From Raillietiella orientalis (Eukaryota): a DNA stretch of 64,000 nt. Under the pieces are notes generated by a model that made no database searches, was not told the origin of the DNA, and saw only the letters and a program-made list of their open reading frames with translations. A program made the translations under genes and the position numbers. The first letter of the stretch is position 1; the number at the start of each line of letters is the position of its first letter. This document shows positions 29,554 through 55,433 of this stretch, piece after piece. The stretch covers positions 2,046,001 through 2,110,000 of the forward strand of contig JAYWIR010000018.1 in assembly GCA_036172245.1 (NCBI GenBank). Direction: 5' to 3'.

Positions 29554-31793
29554 AGCTTCATGATGATGTGTGCAACACATTTGAAGTAATTGTTTTTCTA
29601 ATTTTCAGTTATTGTAGAGTTTTCAGTTACAGTACAGAATATCTAATTTGGTACAGAGTATCTAATTTATCTATCTAATGAAGGGCGAAAGCTGTGATAT
29701 GTAATATTTATTCATATGAATGCATTCTTTGTGATGAAATGAGTTGTGAATGAATTAGGCATGCAAAAGTGGCTTGTATCTTTTTTGGATATATTCTTAA
29801 GAATTAGATAACCTTCAGAACTGATTTGCTGCAGTTGACTTGACTGAAATTTCTGCCCAAGTTGTGTATGTGAGAAATTCAAAAACAGGAGCCTAGAAAG
29901 TATCAGGAAAAAACATTTTGTTGTATTCATTTGCCTCAAATCAGTGTCCTGAATTTCTTGATTAGAAGGTGTATTATTAGTTAAATCCACTGGACTTTCT
30001 CCAGAAACAGGTCAAGTTGCAACCAAAAACTGATGTAAAACATCATTGATGCTGTCCTCATATTACGAAAAATTGTTTAATTTGCATCAGTGTATGTTAT
30101 GTAGCATGAGCTTGAAAACTAAGGATGTGAAAACGAATTGAAAAAACGAAAAATTATAGGATTGCATTTCTAATAGGTATCAATCCTGGGAACAGTATAT
30201 GTATTTAGATCTGTACACTAATCAGGCCATTAGGTGTTTATTTCATACTGAGTATTCATGTGACATTAGTAGTTATGAAATTCTATATGCAGACGTATGT
30301 ACAGTTATGTACCTTAAAGTTCTGAAAATGTTTGCACACTCCCAGTTTCTGTTCACTATTGTGCTCATATTATTTTTTTTCAAGTTGAGATGACAAAAAA
30401 AATAAGTCCAAAGTACAGGTATGTGTAAATGCTTGATGATAAACTGATAAGGTTTGGAAAATTAGGATCCCATTAAAGGATTCCCCAAAAGAACAGAAGC
30501 TTTTAGGAACAGTGTGACTGCTATTTTACCATAATGGTTTTTAGTTTTTAATCGTTTTTGTATTTTACGTTCATTTTAATTTTTCACTTCATCTAAGGAA
30601 TCTTCAGTTATAACTTTGCTTTTTGAAAATTCACTTGCTATTAACTATGTTTTTTTTGTATGAGTTTCTTTGAATTAAATCTGTTGAATTGAAAGCTGCT
30701 GATGAATTGTAAATGAATATAGTTGTGAATTCCTTTGATAGAGTTATATATGTACGTTTAAAATAAATTACCTTTCTCAGATTCCTCATAGTATTCGCTT
30801 GCGATTTGTTTTGGAAGATGGTACTGAAGTTGATGATGATGAGTTTTTTACAACTCTTTCAAGTAACACTCAGCTGATATTCTTACTGCCATGGGAGACC
30901 TATATTGGTAAATAGTAAATTGCTGGAATACATTTGTGTTCTAACATATTATCAATACCAACAGGGCCTCAGGAACAGTTTCAAAATAACCTTGATTTCA
31001 TTTTGGATTACTGCAGTCATAAGGATGTATCTGTTTTGAAAAAAATCCTTAAAAGCGAAGTGTTAATGAAGATGGAAAAAATTGCCGCATATATATCAAA
31101 GAAACCAATGAGACCACATTTGAGCACTAAAGCAGAAGATCCAGAATGGTTTGAAGGTCTTACAAGGTTCGTATTCACAGGCCATCTGTCACAGTACATG
31201 TATGTACAGCTAGTAATGTGCAGACAAAAGAAAAGGAAATGTTTCGGCGTTGCCAATCAAGAATGCGTTCTTATTTTTCAAATAGTGAAAAGCAATTGAT
31301 GATAACCAAGAAATCTCATTTGGCATCATGTATTTTAAAACATTTAATCGAAAACCTTAAAACCATGTTGCAAAAGAATTCCTATGAAGGAATTTTGTTT
31401 GATAGAAAGAGATTTCCACATTGTATCTGTTCTCCTGATGGACTTTTCACATGTGAAGGAAGTTTTGATCAGTCAGCGTGCATCTATGGTCATTGTCTGA
31501 ATCCATATGGCAACAGAGAAAGCTTTCTTCTCTTTTCAAGTTGGAATTTAGATCATGTGTGAGTAATTAATTATCAGTGAGTAGGAAGTAATATTTTATG
31601 TTACAGTATTGAGAGGTCGCGCACTATTCTTCCATGTGTTCTTAAAGCAGCAGAGGAAGGCCGACCACTCAACCATGCCTATATATATGAACTCATTTTT
31701 ACTCGTAACAATTTGAAACTAGTAAGCATTGTGTGTCATCATAAAGAGAGACATAAAAGCGCCCTACTGGATCCACAAAAATTATTTTTATAG
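29478..31793 (+). CDS. DFFB: DNA fragmentation factor beta / caspase-activated DNase (CIDE-N + His-Me nuclease)
   Basis: Exons 29478-29585, 30781-30907, 30965-31166, 31214-31558 and 31607-31793. CIDE-N motif LEDGTEVDDDEFF. DFF40 motifs EDPEWFEGL, CQSRMRSY, LFTCEGSFDQSACIYGHCLNPYGNRES..LFSSWNLDHVIERSRTILP and FTRNNLKLVSIVCHHKERH. AATAAA at ~31819. Exon 1 was assigned from its CIDE-like pattern and phase match. Confidence 0.92.
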
Positions 31794-31972
31794 TTCTTTT
31801 AAGAATATATTTATCTGTAATAAAAATGCTTCTACTTTCAATTTTATAAAAGTTTCTTTAACCTGCAAGTTGCTGAATAAGAAATTAGAAGCTGCTTGGG
31901 TGTACCATAGGGCTAGAATTTTTTTATTTGCGTAATGTCAGCAGTGTTATGGCCTTCATGATTGGGTTAAAT

Positions 31973-45616
<13,644 letters not shown>

Positions 45617-46082
45617 TTCTGCGGGGATGCTCAATGGACCAGATGCTAAAATCAGAAGGAACCAAACATTCTCAAGGTCTGAGTAGAGAGTTTCCCCCTT
45701 TTCCCCCCTTCCTTTGCCCTTCCCCGTCGGAGCATGTGCGCGCTCCACCACACGGATGGGCTGCTCCCGTGAGCAGTCCATCCGTCCACGGACGCGGCAC
45801 GGTGATCTATGCCTTGGTATTCGGAAGGTTCCCCGAGCGGAAGCGAAGGTAACTGGGCGACGCCTTCCGGAATGGAAGGTGCTCTCCTCCCATCCTCCAG
45901 TGACTCATTTCCCGCGTTTCTTCCCTCCCCTTCCCCCATCCTTCTCTTTCGCTATCTTTCTGTTTGTTTTTTCCGAATGCACACCCGGGAGCGTTTCCAC
46001 CCTAAAATCTAAATTTAAAGCTCTTATGCGCTGTCTTCTCTGCTCAAGAAGGCAAAGTGCGCTTCAGGTCGCCGCAGGGCAA

Positions 46083-46096
46083 GTGACAACGGCAAC
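46083..46096. promoter_or_regulatory. RFX X-box-like motif
   Basis: GTGACAACGGCAAC versus consensus GTNRCCATGGYAAC; lies ~470 bp upstream of the calcyphosin ATG, next to a minus-strand donor (gg|gtaagg, ~46103). Confidence 0.4.
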
Positions 46097-48175
46097 ACCT
46101 TACCCTTCCCTCGGGACGACAAGACATGCCTCCCTTGAAGCCAACAGAGGAGCTCCTTCCTCCTTCTCCTTGCCCTTGGCTCCATCCCAGCTGCTCTCCT
46201 TTCGACACATGAGGGAGCCCCATGAGCAGAACGGTTGCCACATCCTTCGGACTCCGCCTTCCTCTTACCGTCTACGGCACGTAGTCAGGGCTGTGAGCCG
46301 GAATGGGTGCAGCTTAGCCTCAGGTCCGTTCCCAGCATTCCCATTTTTTCCTTCAGTGCTGGTGAGGTCTTCCATCCTTACACATTGAGGCTCACTCTCT
46401 GAGCTCAGGGATGGGACGGAGGGAGGGTGAGGGTAGAGCGCCTTCGCTTGCCATGACTTCCCGGACCACCCGAAGGTTTCCCTTTGCTTCTCAGCCTTCC
46501 CACCTTCAGGCCAACCCGCTCCATCTCTTCGCGGCCGAAACGTTGGAGGATTCTTCCCGAAGCCTGGGGTTCGCCGTCAGCTGCACCTTCCCAGATTTCT
46601 CTTTCTTCTGGTGTTCCGGGAGACTCCAGGCACCGACGTGTGAACTACCAGCTCCGTTTGGCGCCCTGCCCAAGTCCAGACTCAGGTCGTTTCCAAGACG
46701 ACGGCCTGCCCCCTTGGGTTCCGAAGGCGAAACTCCCGATCCGAGAGCTGTACACTGGATACTGCCTCTGAAGACTCGAGGCTGTGAGGTAGAAGGCTCT
46801 AGACAGGGACGCCGATGCACCGAGATATGGAACGAGGAAGGCTAGTGGCTCTTGCAGCTTCCGAAAAAAGCGCTCCCGGACGCACGAAACGCTTGTCGCT
46901 TCGGGGCTGCTCGCTGGCACGGGGCAAAGTTGCTGTTCCTCTGAGATGGGATGAGCCACCAATTCGTCCTTGAGCCACTTTGTTCTACCGAGCTGCGCCT
47001 CCAGCGTCTGTTTCGCCTCAGACATCCAACGTTGCTTCCTCCTCCTGCCACCCGCTGCCCACCTTTCGCTGTCCGTCTTCCCTTGTTTTCTGCCTGGCTA
47101 TTTTGCCTGACATCTTCCATTGGGCTAAAGAACTCATGCTTTTCCGATCTCCGTAATTCGTAGCTGCGGCTGCCTCGGAGCAACCGCCAGTAAACTCGAA
47201 GACACCTGCACGGTCCCTTTCTGGGCCAAAATAATAATAATAAAAGACGAAACTGCCGAAGCCTCCGTGGTGCGGTGCCCTAGCTACCACCGTGTGCTTC
47301 GCTCGCGGTTACCTGCGGCGAGCTCGCCGTCCGCGAGGGCCTCAGCTCAGGAATGAATCCCGTGCAGCTGCGTGAGGCCACCAGCTCTGGAGCCGAAAAA
47401 GAGGATGCACCTGTGGAGCACCTGTGGACAGTCATGTATCCAGGAGAAGGGTCAGTCAGCTATCCTCGTCAGGAGGCAAAGAAAAAAAAAATCTTTTCCG
47501 TGAGAGTTGGGCTTGGATGAGACGATCGAGACGTCGGAGCATCTCCTCTGACGGCAGGAGGGAGGGTCAGCTGGCCCCGGTATGTCATCCGGATATTCCT
47601 TCGACGGGAGTCTCTCGGGTGGAGTTTCGTTCTACTCCAGAGCAGCACGAAGAGACGCCAGATCTCGGGGTACACGCGGCACAGCACCTCAAGTCACGCT
47701 TGAGCTTGACCGCATCTTCCTACCGTCTCTGAGCAGAGTGTCTACGGTTGCCGAGGTTCCGGGTGTCCGAATCTCTCTCCTCTCCCCTTCCTTTGCCCCC
47801 GCATTCCCCTCACGACACGTGGTTGGAAAGCAGAGCACCTGGCTGGACCGAAGGCAGGAGGCGCCTTCACTCCCCCTCTCCCTTGCTGGAGGGTGCTGGC
47901 AGGCACTGCCCCCTGCGTGGCAGTGTCCCGGTGTCCATCCCGGGCGAGCGGTTTTCTAGCGTTTCCCCCCATCCCCAGTACCCATCTTCGACCCCACATT
48001 CCGAGAAGGAGGAGGAACCTACTTTTGGGGAAAATGGCGCGCTGAGATGTTCAGGTCCCAGAGTGCCGAGGCCCAGAGTCCTTCCTTCGGGCTGCCTCAC
48101 TCCGCTTCCTCCACCCTTCTCGCAAGCAGGAGAGGGCGCGTTCCGGGGAGGAAGCCGATCGATTCAGCGGGCCCA

Positions 48176-48189
48176 GTCACCACGGTAAC
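48176..48189. promoter_or_regulatory. RFX X-box
   Basis: GTCACCACGGTAAC, a close match to the 14-bp X-box, in CpG-dense DNA upstream of the calcyphosin gene. Confidence 0.55.
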
Positions 48190-50479
48190 ACGGGCGGAGG
48201 AGGTAGCGATCACCTGCGTGAGGGCACTGAGACCTCCCGTGCGCGCACCGCGCTCCCCGACGTGACCGAGCGAGCACGCGCGCACTCGCTTTCTGACCTG
48301 ACCTTCGACTTCCTTCTTTCCAAGAGGAGGGGAGGGGAAGGAAGGAACCGGCCTTTGAGGGCCCTTTCATCCCTCTTTCCCTTACCCTTCCCACCTTCTG
48401 CCTCTTCCTCCCGTCTTCCTTTGCCTCGACCGCACTTCCTGGTCCTCCGGGAGCGGCGTTTCCGCTTGCTTGCTTGCAGAATTTTTGTTTGATCAATTGA
48501 CGACCCCGCCCCTCTCCTGCCTGGCCTCCCTCCTTTGACGCCTCAGTGCCACCAGCATCTGGCACATCCCGAACGGGAGGAGGGACGGTGGCCAGCACCG
48601 GGTCCGGACGAACGCCGCAAGCGCCCGGTGACTCCCCTTCGCTCCTCCCTCCCCCTTTCCTTTGCGTTCCGGGAAGCATCGGACTCGGCGGAGGAAGAAG
48701 GGAAGGGAAGGGGAAGGAAGGAACCAGGAAGAGGGGAAGTTCGCGCCCTTTCTCCTTCCCTGCATTCCCTCCTTCCGTCCTCCGCCCCCTCGTCCGCGTA
48801 CCCGAGGCAGCTGCCGGTCTCCCTGCCTCATGCGGTAACCCTGACGACCGCGCCCGCGTAGGGCAAAAGGACAGCCGAGTTTTCTCGGTGAACAAAGGGA
48901 CAGCCGAGGCCCGGGAGCTGAGGAGGAGTTCCCAGAGAGACGGGGTTCAGCGATGTTCTCGTCCGGGACGCCTCCCGCCCACGCTACCCGTCGTAGCTGC
49001 AGGAGGATCCTGGGACCCGCCTGCCTCCCTTCTCCGCGAGCTTCTTTTTACCCCCTCCTTCCCCCGCCCTTTCTCCCCCTCCCCCCGAGAGAGGGAGGGA
49101 GGCGAAACCTCACCTGTGCTGCTGCTGCTGCAACGGCGGAGGCGACAACGAGCTGCGGCGGGGCCGGGAGATCTCAGGATACCCACGGGGGAGGGACGCG
49201 TCGTCCCGAGCTCTCATGCGGCGGCGTGGGGATCGGCCATCCCGCGGAGCAGCGGCGGCGCGCGCGAGCCGGCATCGATCCGTCGCACGGGAGTCTCCTC
49301 CTGCGACCGCCGTGACGGCACGCACGGAGTCGTCCCTGCTCGGCTGCGTCGTCTCCGGGGCCCTGGTTCGCTCCGGGAGGGAGGCTCCCTGGCTCCCTTC
49401 TCTCCCTTCCCATTTCGTCCATCGCCTCCTTGTCCAGCTGATTTGGGTCTTTCCCGGGAAGGGCCGCCTCTGCCTCTCGAGCGGGTCTTGCTGGTGGCAG
49501 TTCCTGGAGAAGGACGAGGGGAGGGACGAACAGCGGGCTCGAAGCGCTCTCCCTCCGATCCTGGAGCTTCCTGCAAAAGCTGCATCCTACGGCCCTTTCC
49601 TGCTTCCCGGGGGAAGAAGAATTCCTGCCATTAAAATTTTTCCTAGATGCCAGGGACTACGGGACCGAACATTGCGTCTTCCCGGGGTACCTCCTACGGG
49701 AAATCGATTCTTTCCAGAAGTGAGGAAGGATGGGAAGGGATTTCCGGAGTAGTTCCATAGTGGGTAGATGAAAGAGTAGAAAATTGTCTCTCTGAAAGAG
49801 GAGGAAAATAAGACGAGAGAGAAAGAGAGAAGAGGAGATGAGAACTACCTGGTCTTCCGGGACTAGGAGTGGTATCTGGTCATGAAGGAAAGTTGTCAGC
49901 AGAGAACCCATTGAACCGTCCTTCCCTTTTTCTCTTTTTTTTTTTTTTGTCCTTCCTCTCCCTGCAAAACGCGACTGACAGCAGCTCTATGGTGTACCTG
50001 CCATCTAGCGACTTGCGTAGGAAACGAAGTTCCTGGTCCGCGCCGGAAAAACTCGCCCTCTGCTCCTTCAGCTCTCAGGGGTGGAATTTAGTCTCCTTGA
50101 TTGGTCCACTTCTTGCCTTCCTTTCTCCAATGCGCGAAACGGACTTTCCTCACGGGCACCCGCCAGCCCCAGTGAGTCGGAATGCGTTTTACCAGGTGAG
50201 CTTCTGTCCTGACACTTGGTCTCCTTATGACGGCTCGACCTTCTCTCCCTGCGTCACTCCCTGGGTTACTGCGAGGAAAGCACCCGGAATGCGGCTGCAG
50301 CGTCCGCTCTGCGAGTCTGCGAGAGATCCGTCGGTAAAAGCTGCAAGTCGGCAAAAGAGGGCTTAAAGTGCCTGGGTAGACTCGCAAGGACCTGTGGAGG
50401 CACGGAAGCTTCGGAGAAACGTGCCGGAGAGACCTGTTCTCTAGGAAGACACGGAGGGAGGAAGGGGAAGAGTGGAATC

Positions 50480-51420
50480 AGCGCTTGGTGTCAGAGCCGG
50501 ATACTAGTATTAGCTTCTCGCTAGAGACGAAAGCTTCAAAAGGAGCACTGGACGTCACCTACGTAGGAGGAGGAGGATTAAGGATCACAGGGTCGCTTGC
50601 TGAGGTCTGGAAGGAGCAGAGCATCCTCGGATTCTTCCCGAGGCACTTTTTTCTGGAATCCAGAGCTGTTGCTGGAACGCTTGCAGAGATTTCAGGCCAG
50701 CAAGCAGGCGGCCTACTGGGCAGCAGGGAAAGACTCGGACGTTAATGACCTAACCGTTACTTCAGAGCATCTATCGTGACGTTCTTCAAAGCGGACCTCC
50801 AGGCCGCAGCAGTGGTCACCAAGAGAACCCTCGCCTCCATCCATTCCGTTTCCGTGGAAGCATACAATGGGACAAACGGGTCCCCTTGAAGGGCCTCCTG
50901 GAATTTTTTCACCTGGTCACGCCGGGACATTTATGTAACAAAAATAAGCCAGTCGAGAAGTCGGGAACATGGCTCCCAACCAAAGATAAAAGAAGTTTAG
51001 GAGGAGGGTCCACAGACACGCAGGTCGGCATCCCTTAATGCCCGGAACGGGAGGGAGGGAACAACAACAAACAAATATGGAAGTACGGAGACAAGGACTT
51101 CCTGGAAGTCATCTGATCCCGTTTCCCGTGTATTCCAGTGGAAGAGGTCCCTCTACCCAGGACGAGGGAGCAACCCAGTGGAGCGACGCTCGGTCGCCCC
51201 TTCGCAGCATCCTCGATATTCTTCCATAGTGCCGAGGGATGATTTGCAGTCACTTCAGCTCCAGACACCTCGATGCCGATAACCCAAAGCCACTGCGACT
51301 TCCTCATCCAGCGGCGCGAGCCACTGGATGCTGGCACCCTGCGTACTCTGCCGACGGGACTCCTTCGGTGAAACCTAATTCTGAGTGCAGCTCTGAATAA
51401 CTTATGGTTCCTCCCCATTG
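50480..51420 (+). mobile_element. Decayed Penelope-like reverse transcriptase
   Basis: Ordered remnants RKLQK, GTFFWNPELLLERLQRF..SDVNDLTVT, IF...GTFM*QK*.....NMAP, WKYGDKDF and DFL...GTLRT resemble PLE motifs PKIHK, TYIKN..LLxxL..DVxSLYT, F.FNG..Y.Q..G.AMG..AP, WxRYxDD and FLD. Confidence 0.5.
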
Positions 51421-51629
51421 CTTAGGCACTTCTGTGTTTCCGCTCTCCTGGAAGCAGGTCTTGCTGCTCACCCTCCACTGGGGACTCCAGTGCAATGAGC
51501 GCTGGCACCCACGTTTCCTCAGGGGTTGCATCCTCGAACTGTGCGGATCGATCCCGCCCCGCACCTGCTTTTCGACTGTGATACCCTCCAAAAACCAAAA
51601 ATAAACTGTGGGGGAGCTGGTTGTCATCA

Positions 51630-51800
51630 GCGCTCCTCAACCAGGAGACACCACCCACAACTGCTGCTGGAACGGCTGTGGCGGTTCTTCGCTCCTGGAG
51701 GACTCTTGAAGGGCGCCGCGATCGCAACGGTGGATTGCGACCGCGCCGTCGTCACGGCTCTCCACATGCTGGAGACGGAGCGAAGCTCACCGAGATGGCA
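51630..51800 (+). mobile_element. Second Penelope-like RT fragment, homologous to 50660-50773
   Basis: PQLLLERLWRFFAPGGLLKGAAIATVDCDRAVVTALHM aligns without gaps to PELLLERLQRFQASKQAAYWAAGKDSDVNDLTVTSEHL. Confidence 0.45.
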
Positions 51801-52865
51801 GCCGCCTACGCGAGGGCAGCTGCAAGGTGGTCTCACCTGGAAGAGGAAGTCAAGAGGAGATCAAGGAGGAAGTCGCCGGCATCTAGCGCCGGTTTTGAAA
51901 TGAAGGAATGACGGACATTGGTGCCCCTTGTCCCCACCTCCCCCTTATTTTTTTGTTTCTTCATTCCTTGATCCCTTCTGCTCCGTATGCTTCCCGGTTT
52001 CTGTATATTCATCCCGATGTATAGGGAGCGAACCCAAAGACGCATCCCCCCGAATTTCCTCATTTCTTTAGCTGTCCCCTCCCCACTCTCGCATTCCGGA
52101 CTTTCAGAGTGCCCGACTTGCTTTTCGGTGAACCCTCCCCCTGAACTTCTTTTGCCCTCGGTCGGGAACCCGCGTGTTCCCAGCTGGTTTCTTCTTTTAT
52201 AAAATAAACGCCCCCGGGCGCCACAGGTGAAAAACTTCCTTATCCCGTTCTACTGCAATATCCCAGCCCTTCCACCTTCCCATCCTCCTCTGACACAACC
52301 TCCGTATTCCTCATGGGTAAATTACACAGCCTCAGCTCATGTGTACCCCATACCAAAGCTCTGGTGTTCGCCTTGCTGCAACCGGGTCTGCGGGACGATG
52401 GATTCCTCTGCAGAGACAAAACCTGTGGTTCCCCCTCTCTGCCTCGCCTCCGGGAGATCTCGTGCTTTCCTTGCCCCCATCTCTGGCTCTTTTTTGGTTC
52501 ACCAAGAGCCCTTCCCCGCAAGATATGGCTGGGAACCTCAACCTTCCGCCTCCTCCTCGCCTTCCGTGTTCCTTTGGATTTCTTGCGGTGGCGGTCTTTA
52601 GGTCTTCCGGGAGGCCGACCTCGGCTGCACCAGCACTCTGCATGACCCCCGTGTTGCGTAGATCTTTAGAAGGAGCATCTCCTCCTCTTCCTACTGCTCA
52701 CTCCTCTGTGGCTGTGGATCATCCACTGCCCCCCATCCTTTGGGAGGTCAACTCCCGACCAGGGTGCGACCCTCTTGCTTGCGGAAATGAAGACAATCTG
52801 GCAACACCTCGTAGGGACGGCGGGAGAGGAGGAAGAGAAAGGCGATGAGGAGCGAGGGATTCCCT

Positions 52866-55433
52866 TTATTGTGCCACGGTCTTCCGCTTCCGCCAGTTGT
52901 CGATCAGCTCCTCTTCTCGCTTTCGTGTCGCCTCCGAAGACGAATCTCCTCTGTACCCGCTCGGATTCGTCGTTTTCCAGAACCAGAAGGATTTGCCTGG
53001 CAACACGTTCGGGAGTGGAGCCCATCCCCTTCATCCCTCTTTCGGCCTACACATGTCCTCTAGGGAGTGCCGAGCCTCGAATCCCAGCTCCTTGCGTGCC
53101 AGGGTGCAGTCGGCGTACACGCAGGAGACGTCTCCTTCCCGTCGACCCACGACCTCGTAGGGCACTTGCACTCCGCAGCACTCTTCGAAGGTCTGGATGA
53201 GCTCCAGGACGCTGTGACCTTTGCCGGTGCCTAGGTTGTAGGCCTAAGGAAGAGGCAAGGGAGAGAGGGAGCCAGGAGCGAAGCTCCCGCTTCCAGGGAA
53301 CGTCACGAAAGCTTGGCTTCCTCCTCCTCCTCCCCCTCCACACCCCCTTCCCCGCAGCGGGAGGGCAACTGCACGGTTCCTGCCGCGGAGAGGCCGATCT
53401 CAGGGGCAGGAGGACCTCTCACCTTGCAGCCCACGTGCCTGGAGCGGAGCAGTTCCAAGGCTTGAAGGTGGCCTCTGGAGAGATCCATGACGTGGATGTA
53501 ATCCCGCACACCTGGAGGAGACATTGGCGCGCGTTGCCAAGCAAGAAAGAGGGAAGGAAGTGGGGGGATCGTTGAGGAGGGAGGGAGGGAGCCAAGGTGA
53601 CACAGGATCCCTACCGGTGCCGTCGTAAGTGTCGTAGTCCATCCCGAAGATGGAGATGCGCGGTTTCTTCCCGAGGGCCACCTCCCCGATCACAGGCATC
53701 AAATTGGAGAACTCCTTCGTGGGATCTTCGCCAATGAGTCCCGACTCGTGAGCACCCACGGGGTTGAAGTAGCGGAGCAGCACGATGTTCCAGCTCTGCG
53801 AGAGCGAAAATCCGGGAGAGCCTCGCACCCGATGGAGGGCCAGGTGGCTGCGGAGGAAAGGATACCTGGTCGGCGCTGGATGCATCCTTCAACATCTCCT
53901 CGATTATGAATTTCGTCCTCCCGTACACGCTGACCACGCTTCCCACAGGATGCTCTTCCGTTATGGGCAGGGAACGAGGGTTCCCGTACACGCAGCAGGT
54001 GCTGCTCATGACGAGGTGCTTCACCTGGTGCTTCGACATGACCTGAGGGAGGCAAAGACAACCCACAGCATGGCAGGAAGGAGGGAATAGCACCGAGCTG
54101 GCTGCTGCCCCCGCTGACCTCCCGCCCCGCGCATCGCCTCCGTCTATCCTCTCAGGGGAAACTAAGTATCTCGCAGTGGTCCCGCTTTTGAAAGGTCGGA
54201 CGAGTACCCAAGATATGCCGATGTGACCTCTTCACCTCCCACTATGGTGCAGAGGTCGGTGTCTCGCGATGACCTCTGCACTGGTGTGCCCGCATCCCCG
54301 CCGATCCATGCGAGACCTTCTCCGAACCTTCCGGCCCTTTGCCGAGCTCCCGGGTCTCTTACACCCCTATCGGGTTATCTTCTGCCCACGAGATTCGGGA
54401 ACCGAGGCTCTCGGATCTCAGCACCCACACTCCCTACCCGTCCCTCCGCTCCTGCCACATCAGGAGAAGACGGAGCGCCACTCATCTTGGCGGCTTCCTT
54501 CGCTTGCGACGGCGGCGACACCTCCTCCAAGAGAAGCACGCGAGCTCCACCTATCCCCCACCCACTTCCCCTACCATAGAGCGAACGAGGGCGCGAGCGA
54601 AGAGGACAAGAACAGGGGAGGGGGAGAAAGAGGAGAGGGACCTAGCAAAAAGCCGGAACGGGGAGGGTAAGGCATGGTTTCCCGTTCTCATTCCTCCCCC
54701 TCTTGAGCATCCCCGGTGTCTGGTTACCTGGATCAGCTTCAGCGTTCCCCCGACGTTGTTCTCGTAGTACATCAGGGGCTCCGCCATGGACTCTCCCACG
54801 GATTTCATAGCCGCGAAGTGGATCACCGCATCGATCTTGTGCTGCGTAGGCAAGAGAAGGCAGAACTGTCAGAAAACCCTCCCGAGGAAGCTGGCCACGG
54901 CGGTCGAGGGTAAGGGGAACTGCTCGCGCTCCTTCCCCGATGGCCACCGTCCCCTCGCCGTGCCCTGCAGCTTTCCTCAGGAAAAGACCGGAGAAAGGGG
55001 GAACGCGTGCACGGAGGCGGTGGGGAAAAGAAAGAGGAAGCTCCGAGTTCCCAGAGCGGGTGGGTCCCTCTCCGGGAACAATGACGGTGGGGGTCCTCCC
55101 TCTCCCCTGGCTCTCCCGGAGAGCTGACCGAGGAGCTGTGGGCGGGCGAACAGCAAGGAAAGGAGGTGCGAGGCGTGCGCGCGCACTGACTTGACGGAAG
55201 ACGGCGTCCAGAGAGTGCTCGTCCAGGATGTCACACTGGTGAAAGGCCACGGTCTTCCCAGTGAGCCCTTCGACTCTCCTCAGGGCCACGGACTGCCCAT
55301 CTGCGGAGCCGACGCTGTTGGCGAAGTTGTCTGCGGCGACCACGTCGTACCCGCTGTCCAGCAGGAAGAGCACCGTGTGACTCCCGATGTAGCCCCCTGC
55401 TCCCGTGACGAAAACGGTGCCTTTGCTTCCCAT
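52866..55433 (-). CDS. GALE: UDP-glucose 4-epimerase-like (extended SDR family), divergent
   Basis: Exons 55433-55191, 54841-54728, 54042-53866, 53795-53615, 53511-53423, 53243-53051 and 52996-52866. Motifs include [32 protein letters not shown] (YxxxK), [53 protein letters not shown] and [11 protein letters not shown]. Confidence 0.95.

Noticed and set aside
46400..49750. Long ORFs such as 48546-49634 (362 aa) and 48164-48895
   Set aside because: Pro/Arg/Gly-rich, overlapping in several frames, with no recognisable domain; expected from high GC.
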